A stretch of DNA of 64,000 nucleotides from Deltaproteobacteria bacterium (lineage in GTDB: Bacteria; Desulfobacterota; Syntrophia; Syntrophales; Smithellaceae). A program made the position numbers and the translations under genes. Below are positions 36,608 through 47,537 of this stretch, piece by piece (position 1 is the stretch's first letter; each line of letters starts with the position of its first letter). The notes under the pieces were generated by a model, which saw nothing but the letters and a program-made list of their open reading frames with translations, made no database searches and was not told where the DNA came from. The stretch covers positions 5,691 through 69,690 of the forward strand of contig JAAYDW010000056.1 in the NCBI GenBank assembly GCA_012729055.1, given 5' to 3'.

Positions 36608-37096
36608 ATGAAGAGTCGGAGTTTGAGAAACACTTTGCGCTGTGGACTCGCGGGCGCGGTTCTTTTTTCGCTTGTGGGCTGCGCCGGCTTCAATATCATC
36701 AAAGAACAGGCGGTGCCCGACATTCCCCCCGGACCGTACCGGCACATCATCAGGCTCTATAATCCTGAAGGCGAGCCGGAAAGGTCGCTGGCCGGTCTGG
36801 TGATTTCAACGGGGAGTGCGACCGTCTGTTCGGATTATCCGCGCGAAATTATCATTAAAAGTCTGGACGAACTGCCGTTGATGGAAAAGAAAGCTTTTCC
36901 CTATTTCAACAACTACGTGATTCGGGACAAGGAAGAGATCGTGGGATACGTTTCCCTGGAGATCGGATACCGGACGGTTGTCTGGCGCACGGCAAAAGAC
37001 CCCGAGTGCGCTTATCGGGCGCAAATCGTTCTGCCCGATCATGTCTGGCTGAGCGGCAAACATCACGACGCCGACCAAAGCGGGATCAACTGGTAG
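36608..37096 (+). CDS. Hypothetical lipoprotein
   Basis: Signal peptide with the lipobox LVGC (MKSRSLRNTLRCGLAGAVLFSLVGCAG). Confidence 0.6.
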   Translation: MKSRSLRNTLRCGLAGAVLFSLVGCAGFNIIKEQAVPDIPPGPYRHIIRLYNPEGEPERSLAGLVISTGSATVCSDYPREIIIKSLDELPLMEKKAFPYFNNYVIRDKEEIVGYVSLEIGYRTVVWRTAKDPECAYRAQIVLPDHVWLSGKHHDADQSGINW

Positions 37097-37254
37097 CCGC
37101 GCAGCATCTTCCGGCGGCCCACCGCTGCGGGCGCTCACCTTTTTTTCAACTTAAATTCTTGAAACATCAGAACAGTTTTGATACGCTTCGCCGCACAATT
37201 TTGTGCCCTGTACAAAATCGTGCTTCAACAGCTTGAACAGAAAGGACGATTTCC

Positions 37255-39375
37255 ATGCAATTTACTGAGCGCGTTTTTTGCGGCCGGCTTGCGCCCCAGG
37301 ACGTCGGCCGCCGCGTGCTTTTGGCCGGGTGGGTGGACGCCTTCCGGGATCACGGCGGCCTGCTTTTTCTTCATCTGCGCGACCGCAGCGGCATCATGCA
37401 GATTGTCTTCAGTCCCGAAGTCGCCTCCCCGGAGGTCTGCCGGCAGGCGACGGCCCTGCGCGCCGAGTACTGCATCGCGGCGGCGGGCGTTGTTCGGCAG
37501 CGTCTCGCCGGAACGGAAAACCCCAACATCGAAACGGGATCCATCGAGGTGTTCGTGACGGAGCTTGAGGTGCTTTCCGAATCCGACGCCCTGCCCTTTT
37601 CCGTTTCCGACAAGGCGATGGTGGCGGGCGCTCCGTCGGCCGGCTCCGACGCGGTGGCCGAGGATCTGCGCCTTCAGTACCGGTATCTGGACATCCGCCG
37701 TCCCGCCATGCGCGACAATCTGGTGGCGCGCCACCGCATTTTTCAGTGCGTCCGCGAATTTCTCGACTCCCGGGGCTTTGTGGAAGTCGAAACGCCGATG
37801 CTCACGGCCAGCACGCCCGAAGGCGCGCGCGACTACCTGGTGCCCAGCCGCGTCCATCCGGGAAATTTCTACGCCCTGCCCCAGTCGCCGCAACTGTTCA
37901 AGCAACTGCTGATGATCGGCGGTCTGGAGCGCTACTTTCAGCTCGCGCGCTGCTTCCGAGACGAGGACCTGCGCCCCAACCGCCAGCCGGAATTCACGCA
38001 GCTCGATATCGAAGCGTCGTTCATCGATGAAGAGTTCCTCTTCGAACTGATCGAAGAGCTGACCGTCCGGATGTTCGCAATCGGCGGCATCGAACTGGCG
38101 CGGCCCTTCGTGCGGATGACGTACGCGGAAGCGATGGACACGACCGGCTCCGACCGGCCCGATTTGCGCTTTGGGCTGCGCTTTGTCGACGTCACGGATG
38201 TCTTTGCCGAAACCCGTTACGCGATCTTCCGCCAGATTCTGCAGCGCGGCGGCTGCATCAAGGGCATCAACATCCAGGGCCAGTCCGAAAAACTGAGCAA
38301 GAACGTTTTGCAAAACGAATACGCCCGGGAAATCGCGCCGTCGTTCGGCGCCAAAGGCATGACCTGGATGCGCGCCGAAGGCGGAAAGCTCGAATCCAAC
38401 ATCGTCCAGTTTTTCAGCGAGAAGGAACTGGAGGAATTGCAGCGCCGCTTTGCGGTTGCCGACGGAGACGTACTCATCCTGATTGCCGATCCTTCCTATG
38501 CGGTGGTGACCTCCGCGCTGGGCCAGCTTCGTCTGCACCTGGCGGGCCGTCTGGGGCTCATTGCCGAAAACAGCTTTTACCCGGTCTGGATCACCGAGTT
38601 TCCGCTTTTTGAGCCCACGGATGAAGGAGGCGTCACCTCGAGCCATCATCCGTTCACCGCGCCGGACCGCGAGGACTTCGATCCGAAAAATATTGAGGAA
38701 CTGCTTTCGCTCAAGTCCCGCGCCTACGATCTGGTCATGAACGGCGAGGAGCTGGGCGGCGGCAGCATCCGCATCAACAACCGCGACCTGCAGCGCAGAA
38801 TTTTTGCCGCGCTGGGGCTTTCGGAAGAAGAGACGCGGGAGCGATTCGGCTTCTTTCTGCGGGCGTTCGATTTCGGCGCGCCGCCGCATGGCGGACTGGC
38901 GCTGGGCATGGACCGCACCGTGTCGATGATCCTGCAGACGCCGTCGATCCGCGAAGTGATCGCGTTTCCGAAAAACCGCAGCGCGGCCTGCCCCCTGACC
39001 GGGGCGCCCTCGACGGTCAAGCGCGAGCAGCTGGCCGAACTGGGGCTGCTCGATTTGGGCGGCAAAGAAGCGCTGCCGGGAACGGCGGAAAAGGAAGACC
39101 CGATTGATTACCTCTCCTGGGTGTCGCGCATCGGCATCTCCGCCGCGGAGCGTCCCGTAATGGAGGAGATCCTCGCCGGGGCCGCTGCGCTGGCCCGTCT
39201 GGCTGAAGAAAATGCGGGGCCGGAAGAGCCGATCTACACCGTGGCGGCCGTGTCCAACCGCATGCGGCCGGGCACAAAGGAGCAGCGCTCGGAATTCGCC
39301 GCAAACGGCCGGTTCCTCAAAAGCGCTCCCGCGGTCAAGGGAGATTACTTCAAAGTCGCCAGCATTCTGGAATAA
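37255..39375 (+). CDS. aspS: Aspartyl-tRNA synthetase with a C-terminal GatC domain fusion
   Basis: Class II AspRS body: OB-fold N-terminus, FRDEDLR, GGGSIR, and the motif 3 region GLALGMDR. About 110 extra C-terminal residues read as GatC (see findings). Confidence 0.9.
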   Translation: MQFTERVFCGRLAPQDVGRRVLLAGWVDAFRDHGGLLFLHLRDRSGIMQIVFSPEVASPEVCRQATALRAEYCIAAAGVVRQRLAGTENPNIETGSIEVFVTELEVLSESDALPFSVSDKAMVAGAPSAGSDAVAEDLRLQYRYLDIRRPAMRDNLVARHRIFQCVREFLDSRGFVEVETPMLTASTPEGARDYLVPSRVHPGNFYALPQSPQLFKQLLMIGGLERYFQLARCFRDEDLRPNRQPEFTQLDIEASFIDEEFLFELIEELTVRMFAIGGIELARPFVRMTYAEAMDTTGSDRPDLRFGLRFVDVTDVFAETRYAIFRQILQRGGCIKGINIQGQSEKLSKNVLQNEYAREIAPSFGAKGMTWMRAEGGKLESNIVQFFSEKELEELQRRFAVADGDVLILIADPSYAVVTSALGQLRLHLAGRLGLIAENSFYPVWITEFPLFEPTDEGGVTSSHHPFTAPDREDFDPKNIEELLSLKSRAYDLVMNGEELGGGSIRINNRDLQRRIFAALGLSEEETRERFGFFLRAFDFGAPPHGGLALGMDRTVSMILQTPSIREVIAFPKNRSAACPLTGAPSTVKREQLAELGLLDLGGKEALPGTAEKEDPIDYLSWVSRIGISAAERPVMEEILAGAAALARLAEENAGPEEPIYTVAAVSNRMRPGTKEQRSEFAANGRFLKSAPAVKGDYFKVASILE
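39100..39372 (+). other. gatC: GatC-like domain (about 91 aa) at the C-terminus of the aspS ORF
   Basis: PIDYLSWVSRIGISAAERPVMEEILAGAAALARLAEENAGPEEPIYTVAAVSNRMRPGTKEQRSEFAANGRFLKSAPAVKGDYFKVASILE aligns by eye along its whole length with canonical GatC (e.g. ...VEHIANLARLQISPEE...GVEPTYHVLDLQNVLRED...LKNAKETEDGQFKVPTIM). Confidence 0.75.
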
Positions 39376-39391
39376 AGGGAGACGTCATTTC

Positions 39392-40585
39392 ATGGATTCC
39401 ATTTTTTTCTACCGCAACCCCGCCGCCGCCCCGACGGACGGCCCCCTGGCAGGGTTGAAAATCGCCGTTCAGCCCGCTGTCTCGGTGGCCGGCTGGCCCG
39501 CCGACGCGGGATCCAAAGCCCTGGCCAATTTTACGGCGCTTGAGGACGCAACCGTTGTGAGCCGGCTTGTCCAGTCCGGCGCTTTTATCTGCGGCTCGAC
39601 CCTCGGCAGTGAATTCGGCTTCGGCCTTGCCGAAAGCCGCGCGGGCGAAGCCGTCAAACACAACATCGCCGCTGCGGAGCTGATGCTCGACATGATGGGC
39701 GAAAGCCGCCTGGCCGCTTGCGGCGCGGGCGTCTGCGGCTTCAAGCCCGGCTACGGCCTGGTGTCGCACTTCGGTCTCATCGGCCTTATTCCGTCTATGG
39801 AAGTCTGCGGCCTCTTGGCCGGTTCGTGCCAGACGATCCGGCATCTGCTTCGGGCCCTGGCCGGTCCCGACGATAAGGATTTCTCGCTTCCCGACGAAAA
39901 GCCCGGAGAGTTTTCCGCGCCGGCGCCGGAGCCGTCGAAGACGACGATCGGCGTCATTGCCGAAGCGCAAAGCGCTCTTCCGGATGCGGAGAAAAGCAAA
40001 TTTCGCGCCTCCGTCGCGGCGCTGCAAAAAGCGGGCTTTGCCGTCCGGGAGGTCTCCTTTCCCGACTGGCCGTTGTTTTTGCCGGTGCATAAAATCGTCG
40101 GCTCGGTGGAGGCGTCTTCCGCCGCAGGGCGCTACGACTCGGTCCGCTACGGCGAGCGCGCGCCGGGCGCCAGAAACTGGAACGAGATGTACCTGGCGTC
40201 CCGCGGCGCGGCATTCGGCACGCTTTTGAAAAGCTATCTGATTCAGGGCGCGTATTTTCAGTTTCAGCGCTACGACGCTTATGAAAACGCCTGCCGCATC
40301 CGCGCGCGTCTGGTCGCAGACATGAAGAAGCTGACGGATGCGGTCGATTTTCTCGTCCTTCCGGTTTCCGGCGGCGCCTCCGAAGAGCGTCCGGGGACGC
40401 TCGACGAAACCTACGGGCGGTTTGCTGCGACGGCGTTTGCCAACGTCACGGGCCAGCCGGCGCTGGTTCTGCCGCCCGCCTCCGCGGCGGAAGCGCCCTT
40501 TCAGCTGGCGGGGCCGAGGCTGGGCGACGCGGCGCTTTTGGCGCTGGGCGATTTTCTGCTGTCTGTGCGCGAGAAAGGAAAATAG
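39392..40585 (+). CDS. gatA: GatA-like amidase-family subunit, N-terminally short and with a degenerate amidase signature
   Basis: The C-terminal two thirds are GatA-like (FKPGYGLVSHFGLI, VEASSAAGRYDSVRYG, NVTGQPALVLP). Its position between the gatC domain and gatB also fits. Length is 397 aa, versus about 485 aa as I recall for typical GatA. Confidence 0.75.
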   Translation: MDSIFFYRNPAAAPTDGPLAGLKIAVQPAVSVAGWPADAGSKALANFTALEDATVVSRLVQSGAFICGSTLGSEFGFGLAESRAGEAVKHNIAAAELMLDMMGESRLAACGAGVCGFKPGYGLVSHFGLIGLIPSMEVCGLLAGSCQTIRHLLRALAGPDDKDFSLPDEKPGEFSAPAPEPSKTTIGVIAEAQSALPDAEKSKFRASVAALQKAGFAVREVSFPDWPLFLPVHKIVGSVEASSAAGRYDSVRYGERAPGARNWNEMYLASRGAAFGTLLKSYLIQGAYFQFQRYDAYENACRIRARLVADMKKLTDAVDFLVLPVSGGASEERPGTLDETYGRFAATAFANVTGQPALVLPPASAAEAPFQLAGPRLGDAALLALGDFLLSVREKGK

Positions 40586-40587
40586 GA

Positions 40588-42015
40588 ATGGACTTTGAAG
40601 CGGTCATCGGATTGGAAATCCACATTGAACTCAACTGCAAAACCAAAATGTTTTGCGATTGCCCCAACCGTCCCGGCGACGATCCCAATCTCAACACCTG
40701 CCCGACCTGCCTGTGGCTGCCGGGCGCGATTCCCCGGTTCAGCGCCGAGGCGCTGGAAAAGGCGTCGCTTCTGTGCCTGGGGCTGGGCGCCGAGCTCCAG
40801 CCGCAAAGCGCCTTCGACCAGAAGGTATACTACTATCCGGATCTGCCGAAGGGCTACCAGTTGTCGCAGGCCCGCAGGCCTCTGTCGTGCGGCGGCGGCA
40901 TCGACATTACCGACGAAGACGGCAATCTGAAAAGGCTGCGCATCCACCACATTCACATGGAAGAGGACGTCGCGAAGCTGGTGCACGAGCTGGAAGGCCG
41001 CGTGCCGATCAGCCTGGTGGACTTCAACCGCGCCGGCGCCCCGCTGGTGGAAATCGTGACGGAGCCGGATTTGCGCACGCCGCATCACGCCATGGAGTTT
41101 CTGAAGGCGCTGCGTACGCAGGTGCGCTACGTCGGCTCTTCCGAGTGCAGCATGGAAAACGGATCGATGCGCGTCGACGCGAACATTTCCGTTCGGCCCC
41201 GGGGCACCAGCCAGATGAACACGAAAGTGGAAGTCAAGAACATGAATTCCGTCCGCCATGTGGGCGACGCCATCGCTTACGAAATCAGCCGCCAGAGCCA
41301 GGCGGTGCAGGCGGGCGAGGCGGTCGTGCTGCACACGCGCCTGTGGGATCCGGACAAGAAAGTCACTCTGCCGATGCGCGGCAAATTCGAAGGCCCGTGT
41401 GTTCCCGACCCGATGGTGCCGGTTATTGAACTGTCGCCCGCCTTTATCGACGAGATGCGCTCGCGCCTGCCGGAGATGCCGGCCGCGCGGGCCGAGCGCT
41501 TCGTGAACGACTACCGGCTCACCGGCGAGGAAGCGGCGTTTTTGAGCGCCGATCCGGACGTCGCCGGCTTTTTCGAGGCGCTCGTCAAAAAAGGCGTCGC
41601 GCCGCGCACGGCCATGCACTGGCTTGCCACGCAGCTCATTCCGGCCGTGAAAGAACGCAGGCTGGAGCTCGGCGCGTCGCGGGTGACGCCGGAGCGCCTG
41701 GCGGCGCTCCTTGCCCTGCTGGCCAAAGATGAAATCAACGCCAACGCGGCGCGCGAAGTTCTCGCGCATCTGTTTGAAAGCGACGAGACGCCGGAAGCGA
41801 TCGTGAACGCGCGGGGCTTCAAACAGGTGTCCGACGCAGGCGCGCTGGCGGCGATGATCGACAAAGTCCTTGCCGGGCAGCCGGCGGCTGTGGCCGATTT
41901 CCAAGCCGGCCAGGGAAAAGCCCTGGGCTTTCTCATCGGCCAGGTGATGCAGTCCTCCGGCGGCAAGGCCAATCCGAAAATTCTCCGGGAGCTGCTGATG
42001 AAAAAGCTGGGGTAA
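40588..42015 (+). CDS. gatB: Asp/Glu-tRNA amidotransferase subunit B
   Basis: MDFEAVIGLEIHIELNCKTKMFCDC, DFNRAGAPLVEIVTEPD and NMNS. The C-terminal YqeY-like tail is present. Length is 475 aa. Confidence 0.95.
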   Translation: MDFEAVIGLEIHIELNCKTKMFCDCPNRPGDDPNLNTCPTCLWLPGAIPRFSAEALEKASLLCLGLGAELQPQSAFDQKVYYYPDLPKGYQLSQARRPLSCGGGIDITDEDGNLKRLRIHHIHMEEDVAKLVHELEGRVPISLVDFNRAGAPLVEIVTEPDLRTPHHAMEFLKALRTQVRYVGSSECSMENGSMRVDANISVRPRGTSQMNTKVEVKNMNSVRHVGDAIAYEISRQSQAVQAGEAVVLHTRLWDPDKKVTLPMRGKFEGPCVPDPMVPVIELSPAFIDEMRSRLPEMPAARAERFVNDYRLTGEEAAFLSADPDVAGFFEALVKKGVAPRTAMHWLATQLIPAVKERRLELGASRVTPERLAALLALLAKDEINANAAREVLAHLFESDETPEAIVNARGFKQVSDAGALAAMIDKVLAGQPAAVADFQAGQGKALGFLIGQVMQSSGGKANPKILRELLMKKLG

Positions 42016-42084
42016 GGAATCGTCGGATCGGGGCAGGCGCAACCGGACACGCAGGATAAGCGCGGCGGTTCAGGAAACATCACG

Positions 42085-42120
42085 GGGCTTTCTCCGGTCG
42101 GAGAAGGCCCTGTTTGTTTT
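42085..42120 (+). terminator. Rho-independent terminator after gatB
   Basis: GGGCTTTCTCCG-gtc-GGAGAAGGCCC followed by TGTTTGTTTT. Confidence 0.75.
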
Positions 42121-42138
42121 AAAAAACGTCGCCGGCTT

Positions 42139-43014
42139 TTAACCGGCTGAGGCTTGCGCCTGGGCCGCGTGGTAGGAGCTGCGCACCAGGGGGCCGGCTT
42201 CGACGTGCTGAAATCCTCTGGCGCGGGCGATTTCCCCCCATTCGGCAAATTCGTCGGGCGTCCAGTAGCGGGCGACCGGCCAGTGCCGAAGCGTCGGCTG
42301 CTGGTACTGCCCGATGGTGAGGCGCGCGCAGGAGACGGATGCGAGATCGTCGATCAGGCGTAAAATATCCTCCCGGGTTTCACCGAATCCCACCATGAAA
42401 CCGCTCTTGGCGAGGACAGGCGAAAGGGCGACGCGCGAAAGCAGGTTTAGCGACCGGCGGTAGTCGCCCTGCGGCCGCAGACGGGGGAAAAGCGCCTCGG
42501 CCGCCTCCAGATTGTGATTGATCACGTCCGGCCGCGCCGCGATGACCGTCTCCAGGGCGGACGCGTCGCCGGCGAAGTCGGGAATCAAAACCTCAATGCG
42601 GCAGCCGGGAACGGACTGGCGCAGCCGTGCGATGGTGTCGGCAAAAAAACCCGCGCCTCCGTCGGGCAGATCGTCGCGCGTCACGGACGTGACGACGACG
42701 TAGCAGAGCTTCATCTGCAAAACGGCGGCAACGAGGCGGTCGGTTTCGCCGGCGTCGATCTCCTGCGGACGGCCGTGCGCGACATTGCAGTAGAGGCAAT
42801 GGCGCGTGCAGACCCGGCCGAGAATCAGAAACGTCGCGGTTCCGCTCGCAAAACACTCGGCCAGATTGGGACAGGCCGCCTCCTGGCAGACCGTGTGCAG
42901 GTGCAGGTCGCCAAGCGTCCGCCGGATTCGGCGGCAGCCGTCGGCGTAAGGCGGACGGACCTTGAGCCAGGGCGGTTTGCGCAACAGGGACTGCGGAGTT
43001 TGTTGATTTTCCAT
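42139..43014 (-). CDS. lipA: Lipoyl synthase
   Basis: CQEAACPNLAECF and the radical SAM motif CTRHCLYC. The start is placed at MENQQTPQSLLRKPPWLKV. The upstream part of the long ORF is Arg-rich and overlaps gcvPB. Confidence 0.9.
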   Translation of the reverse strand: MENQQTPQSLLRKPPWLKVRPPYADGCRRIRRTLGDLHLHTVCQEAACPNLAECFASGTATFLILGRVCTRHCLYCNVAHGRPQEIDAGETDRLVAAVLQMKLCYVVVTSVTRDDLPDGGAGFFADTIARLRQSVPGCRIEVLIPDFAGDASALETVIAARPDVINHNLEAAEALFPRLRPQGDYRRSLNLLSRVALSPVLAKSGFMVGFGETREDILRLIDDLASVSCARLTIGQYQQPTLRHWPVARYWTPDEFAEWGEIARARGFQHVEAGPLVRSSYHAAQAQASAG

Positions 43015-43061
43015 GGGAACACCGGCCGATTGACGAAAGCGCTTGCGCGCCTTGATTCTTT

Positions 43062-44510
43062 CTACGCTTTGGGTTTGCTCCAGCAGACGTCCGGCTTGCG
43101 GGCGGCCAGGACTTCGTCCAGGCGGCCGACCGGCGTGGAAAGAGGCGCGTCCTTCACGCGCTGCGGATTTTCCTCCGCCTCCCGGGCAATGGCCGCCATG
43201 GCGTCGCAAAAGGCGTCGAGCGTCTCTTTGCTTTCCGTTTCCGTAGGCTCGATCATGATGGCTTCCGCGACGATGAGCGGAAAGTAAATCGTCGGCGGGT
43301 GGTAGCCGAAATCGATCAGGCGCTTGGCGATGTCGGTGGTGTGCACGCCGCTCAGGGCGACCTGCCGGCTGCCGGAAAAGACGCATTCATGCATGCAGAT
43401 GCGGTCGTAGGGCAGATCGAAAGAGGGCTTAAGCTTCTCCTTGATGTAGTTGGCGTTGAGGACGGCCATTTCCGCGGCGCGGATCAGCCCGGCGGCGCCG
43501 AGCGACCGGAGATAGCTATAGGCTTTGACGATGACGGAAAAGTTTCCGTAAAAGGCGCGGACCCGTCCGATCGTATCCGGAAAGTCCGACGACCAGCGCA
43601 GTCCCGCCTCGCAGGGAACGATGCGGGGCACCGGAAGAAAGTCCGTCAGTTTTTCCCCTACGCCCACCGGGCCGCTGCCCGGGCCGCCGCCGCCGTGCGG
43701 CGTGGAAAAGGTTTTGTGCAAATTGAGCTGGATGACGTCGAACCCCAGGTCGCCGGGGCGCGTCTTGCCCAAAAAGGCGTTGGCGTTGGCGCCGTCGCCG
43801 TAGAGCAGTCCGCCCCTGTCGTGGACGACCCTGGCCACTTCTTCGATGTTGCGCTCGAAAAGGCCGAGCGTGTTGGGATTGGTGAGCATCAGGGCCGCGA
43901 CGTCTTCCGTCATCAGAGCGTCCAGGCGCCGAAGATCGACGCCGCCTTCAGCGTTCGAGCCGAGCGTGACCGTTTCGAATCCGCAAAGCGCGCCGGAAGC
44001 CGGATTGGTGCCGTGGGCCGCGTCGGGAATCAGAATCCGCCGGCGCTTTTCACCTTTTTTCTCGAAGTATTTCCGGATCATCATGACGCCGGTGAGCTCG
44101 CCGTGTGCGCCGGCCGCGGGCTGCAGCGTAAAATCAGCCATGCCGAAAATAGCGCACAAGAGCCTCTGCATGTCGAAGAGGAGCTCCAGATTGCCCCGGG
44201 CAAAAGCCTCCGGCGCGGCCGGGTGCAGGCCGGTGAAGCCCGGAAGCGCCGCGACGTTTTCGTTGATTTTGGGGTTGTATTTCATGGTGCAGGACCCGAG
44301 CGGATAAAAGCCGAGATCCACGCCGAAGTTCCGCCGCGACAGACTGGTGTAGTGGCGCACCAGGTCGGTTTCGGAGACTTCCGGCAGGTCCAGCTCTTCG
44401 CGCATAAACGACGCGCCAATGACGTCCTCAAGAGAGACGGCCGGAACGTCGCCCGCCGGAACATCGGCGGCGGCGCGGCCGGGTTTGCTTATTTCAAATA
44501 TCAGTTGCAT
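43062..44510 (-). CDS. gcvPB: Glycine dehydrogenase (decarboxylating) subunit 2
   Basis: 482 aa. The PLP-lysine region [16 protein letters not shown] is present. Confidence 0.95.
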   Translation of the reverse strand: MQLIFEISKPGRAAADVPAGDVPAVSLEDVIGASFMREELDLPEVSETDLVRHYTSLSRRNFGVDLGFYPLGSCTMKYNPKINENVAALPGFTGLHPAAPEAFARGNLELLFDMQRLLCAIFGMADFTLQPAAGAHGELTGVMMIRKYFEKKGEKRRRILIPDAAHGTNPASGALCGFETVTLGSNAEGGVDLRRLDALMTEDVAALMLTNPNTLGLFERNIEEVARVVHDRGGLLYGDGANANAFLGKTRPGDLGFDVIQLNLHKTFSTPHGGGGPGSGPVGVGEKLTDFLPVPRIVPCEAGLRWSSDFPDTIGRVRAFYGNFSVIVKAYSYLRSLGAAGLIRAAEMAVLNANYIKEKLKPSFDLPYDRICMHECVFSGSRQVALSGVHTTDIAKRLIDFGYHPPTIYFPLIVAEAIMIEPTETESKETLDAFCDAMAAIAREAEENPQRVKDAPLSTPVGRLDEVLAARKPDVCWSKPKA

Positions 44511-44533
44511 GACTGTTCCTCAGGCCTGAATTC

Positions 44534-45862
<1,329 letters not shown>

Positions 45863-45864
45863 GA

Positions 45865-46263
45865 TCAGTGCTTTTCCTCTTGCAGGAGTGCGTCGTATTC
45901 GTCGGCGGAAAGCAGGCTTTTCAACTCGCCGGGATTATCCGGTTTTACAATGGCGATCCAACCTTCGCCGAAGGCGTCCGCATTGACGAGCTCGGGGTTG
46001 TCTTCGAGCCTGGTGTTGACATCCAGCACTTCGCCGCCGACCGGAGCGTACACATCGGAGACGGATTTCACGGATTCGACGACGGCCAGCGGCTCGCCCT
46101 TGACGACCTTCTTGCCGACGGCGGGCAGTTCCACGAAGACGATGTCGGTCAGCATTTCCTGCGCGTAATCGGTGATGCCGACGACAACGGAACCGTTGCC
46201 TGTATCTTTGACCCATTCATGATCTTTGGAATAAAACCGGTCGGAGGGATTGAGTTTGGACAT
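45865..46263 (-). CDS. gcvH: Glycine cleavage system H protein
   Basis: YSKDHEWV and the lipoyl-lysine motif ESVKSVSDVYAPV. The start is placed at MSKLNPSDRFY. Confidence 0.95.
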   Translation of the reverse strand: MSKLNPSDRFYSKDHEWVKDTGNGSVVVGITDYAQEMLTDIVFVELPAVGKKVVKGEPLAVVESVKSVSDVYAPVGGEVLDVNTRLEDNPELVNADAFGEGWIAIVKPDNPGELKSLLSADEYDALLQEEKH

Positions 46264-46285
46264 TACGAAATCTCCTTGAAAAAAA

Positions 46286-47377
46286 TTATTTTTGCCTTTT
46301 GTAGAAGGGAAGAGGAACAATTCTGGCCTGGCTCCTGATCTCCCGGATGGCCACTGCTATTTCCGTACCCGGTTCACTGTGCCGGATATCGACAAACGCC
46401 AGGCCCACCGCTTTCTGGAGCGTCGGGGAAAAAGTGCCGGAGGCGACCGAGCCTATCGGTGTTTGAGCTTTCAGGACCGGATAGCCGTGGCGCGCAATGC
46501 CGCGGCCGGTCATTTCGAAGCCGACGAGCTTGCGCCGGATGCCCGCGTCGCGAACGGCCGCCAGCGCGGCCTTGCCGGCGAAGTCCTTTTTCCAGTCCAC
46601 CAGCCAGCCGTACGGCACTTCCAGCGGGTTGGTCTCCTGGGTGATGTCCTGGCCGTTGAGCATCATGCCCGCCTCCAGGCGCAGCGTGTCCCGGGCGCCC
46701 AGGCCCGCGGGCTTGAGGCCGCGAGGCGCGCCCGCCGCCAGAAGCGCATCCCAGATTTCACCCGTGCTTGCCGCGTCCGCGTAAATTTCAAAACCGTCTT
46801 CGCCGGTGTAGCCGCTGCGCGAGATGACAGCCGGAATGCCCGCCACCTGCGACCGGATGAAGTGATAAAAGCGGAGCGCCGGTAAATCCGCGCCGGTAAG
46901 CTTTGCCAAGACGGCCGCCGCCGCCGGACCCTGCACGTCGAGCTTGCCCGTCTTGTCGCTGATGTCGGCAATCCGGAAGTCGAACCCTTTTGCTTTGCCC
47001 AGAGCCGTGATCCGCTCCAGATCCGCTTCGCGCGTCGTGGCGTTGGTGACGAGCCAGTAGGACTCCTCCGCCATCTTGTAAACGGTAAGATCGTCGATGA
47101 TGCCGCCGCGGTCGTTGAGGAGCGCGGAAAGCTTGACCTGGCCTGTCGTCTGCCCGGCCAGATCGCGCGTCAGGGCAAACTGGAGCAGATCGAAGGCCTG
47201 CGGGCCGCACACTTCGATTTCTCCCATGTGGCAGATGTCGAACAGCGCCGCGGCGCTCCGGGTCGTTTTATGTTCATCGATGACGCTGGTGTACTGGACC
47301 GGCATGGCCCAGCCGCCGAAGTCGATGATTTTCGCGCCACAGGCGACGTGTTTTTCGTACAGGGGCGTTTTTTTCAT
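46286..47377 (-). CDS. gcvT: Aminomethyltransferase (glycine cleavage T protein)
   Basis: MKKTPLYEKHVACGAKIIDFGGWAMPVQY, the canonical GcvT N-terminus. Length is 363 aa. Confidence 0.95.
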   Translation of the reverse strand: MKKTPLYEKHVACGAKIIDFGGWAMPVQYTSVIDEHKTTRSAAALFDICHMGEIEVCGPQAFDLLQFALTRDLAGQTTGQVKLSALLNDRGGIIDDLTVYKMAEESYWLVTNATTREADLERITALGKAKGFDFRIADISDKTGKLDVQGPAAAAVLAKLTGADLPALRFYHFIRSQVAGIPAVISRSGYTGEDGFEIYADAASTGEIWDALLAAGAPRGLKPAGLGARDTLRLEAGMMLNGQDITQETNPLEVPYGWLVDWKKDFAGKAALAAVRDAGIRRKLVGFEMTGRGIARHGYPVLKAQTPIGSVASGTFSPTLQKAVGLAFVDIRHSEPGTEIAVAIREIRSQARIVPLPFYKRQK

Positions 47378-47537
47378 GAAAGGCGTCCGGAATGGTTCAG
47401 AGACAAATAAGCAATGGCGGTCATGGTATCGCTTCCTCTTGCGGACTTAAAAAATGAAAAAAAGACTTACCGTTTTGATTATGGCCAAACGCGTACTATA
47501 ACTTTGCCGACATTTCAAGATTTAATCAAAAATCTTT

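Noticed and set aside
37097-37254. T-box or other leader upstream of aspS. An 11-bp hairpin cacaattttgt/acaaaatcgtg is present.
   Set aside because: The leader is far too short for a T-box, and I saw no specifier-loop or T-box sequence. The hairpin may be a minor regulatory or terminator-like element only.
42139-43386. 415-aa version of the lipA ORF that extends into gcvPB.
   Set aside because: The first 124 residues are Arg/His/Gly-rich and overlap the gcvPB coding region. The conserved lipoyl synthase N-terminus begins at MENQQ... (ATG at 43014).
47378-47537. Possible glycine riboswitch in the 160-nt leader upstream of gcvT.
   Set aside because: Reading the minus-strand leader, I could not find the conserved glycine-aptamer cores (GGAGAG ... 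CACCGAAGGGGCAA-type elements, usually in tandem). An Rfam scan would settle it.
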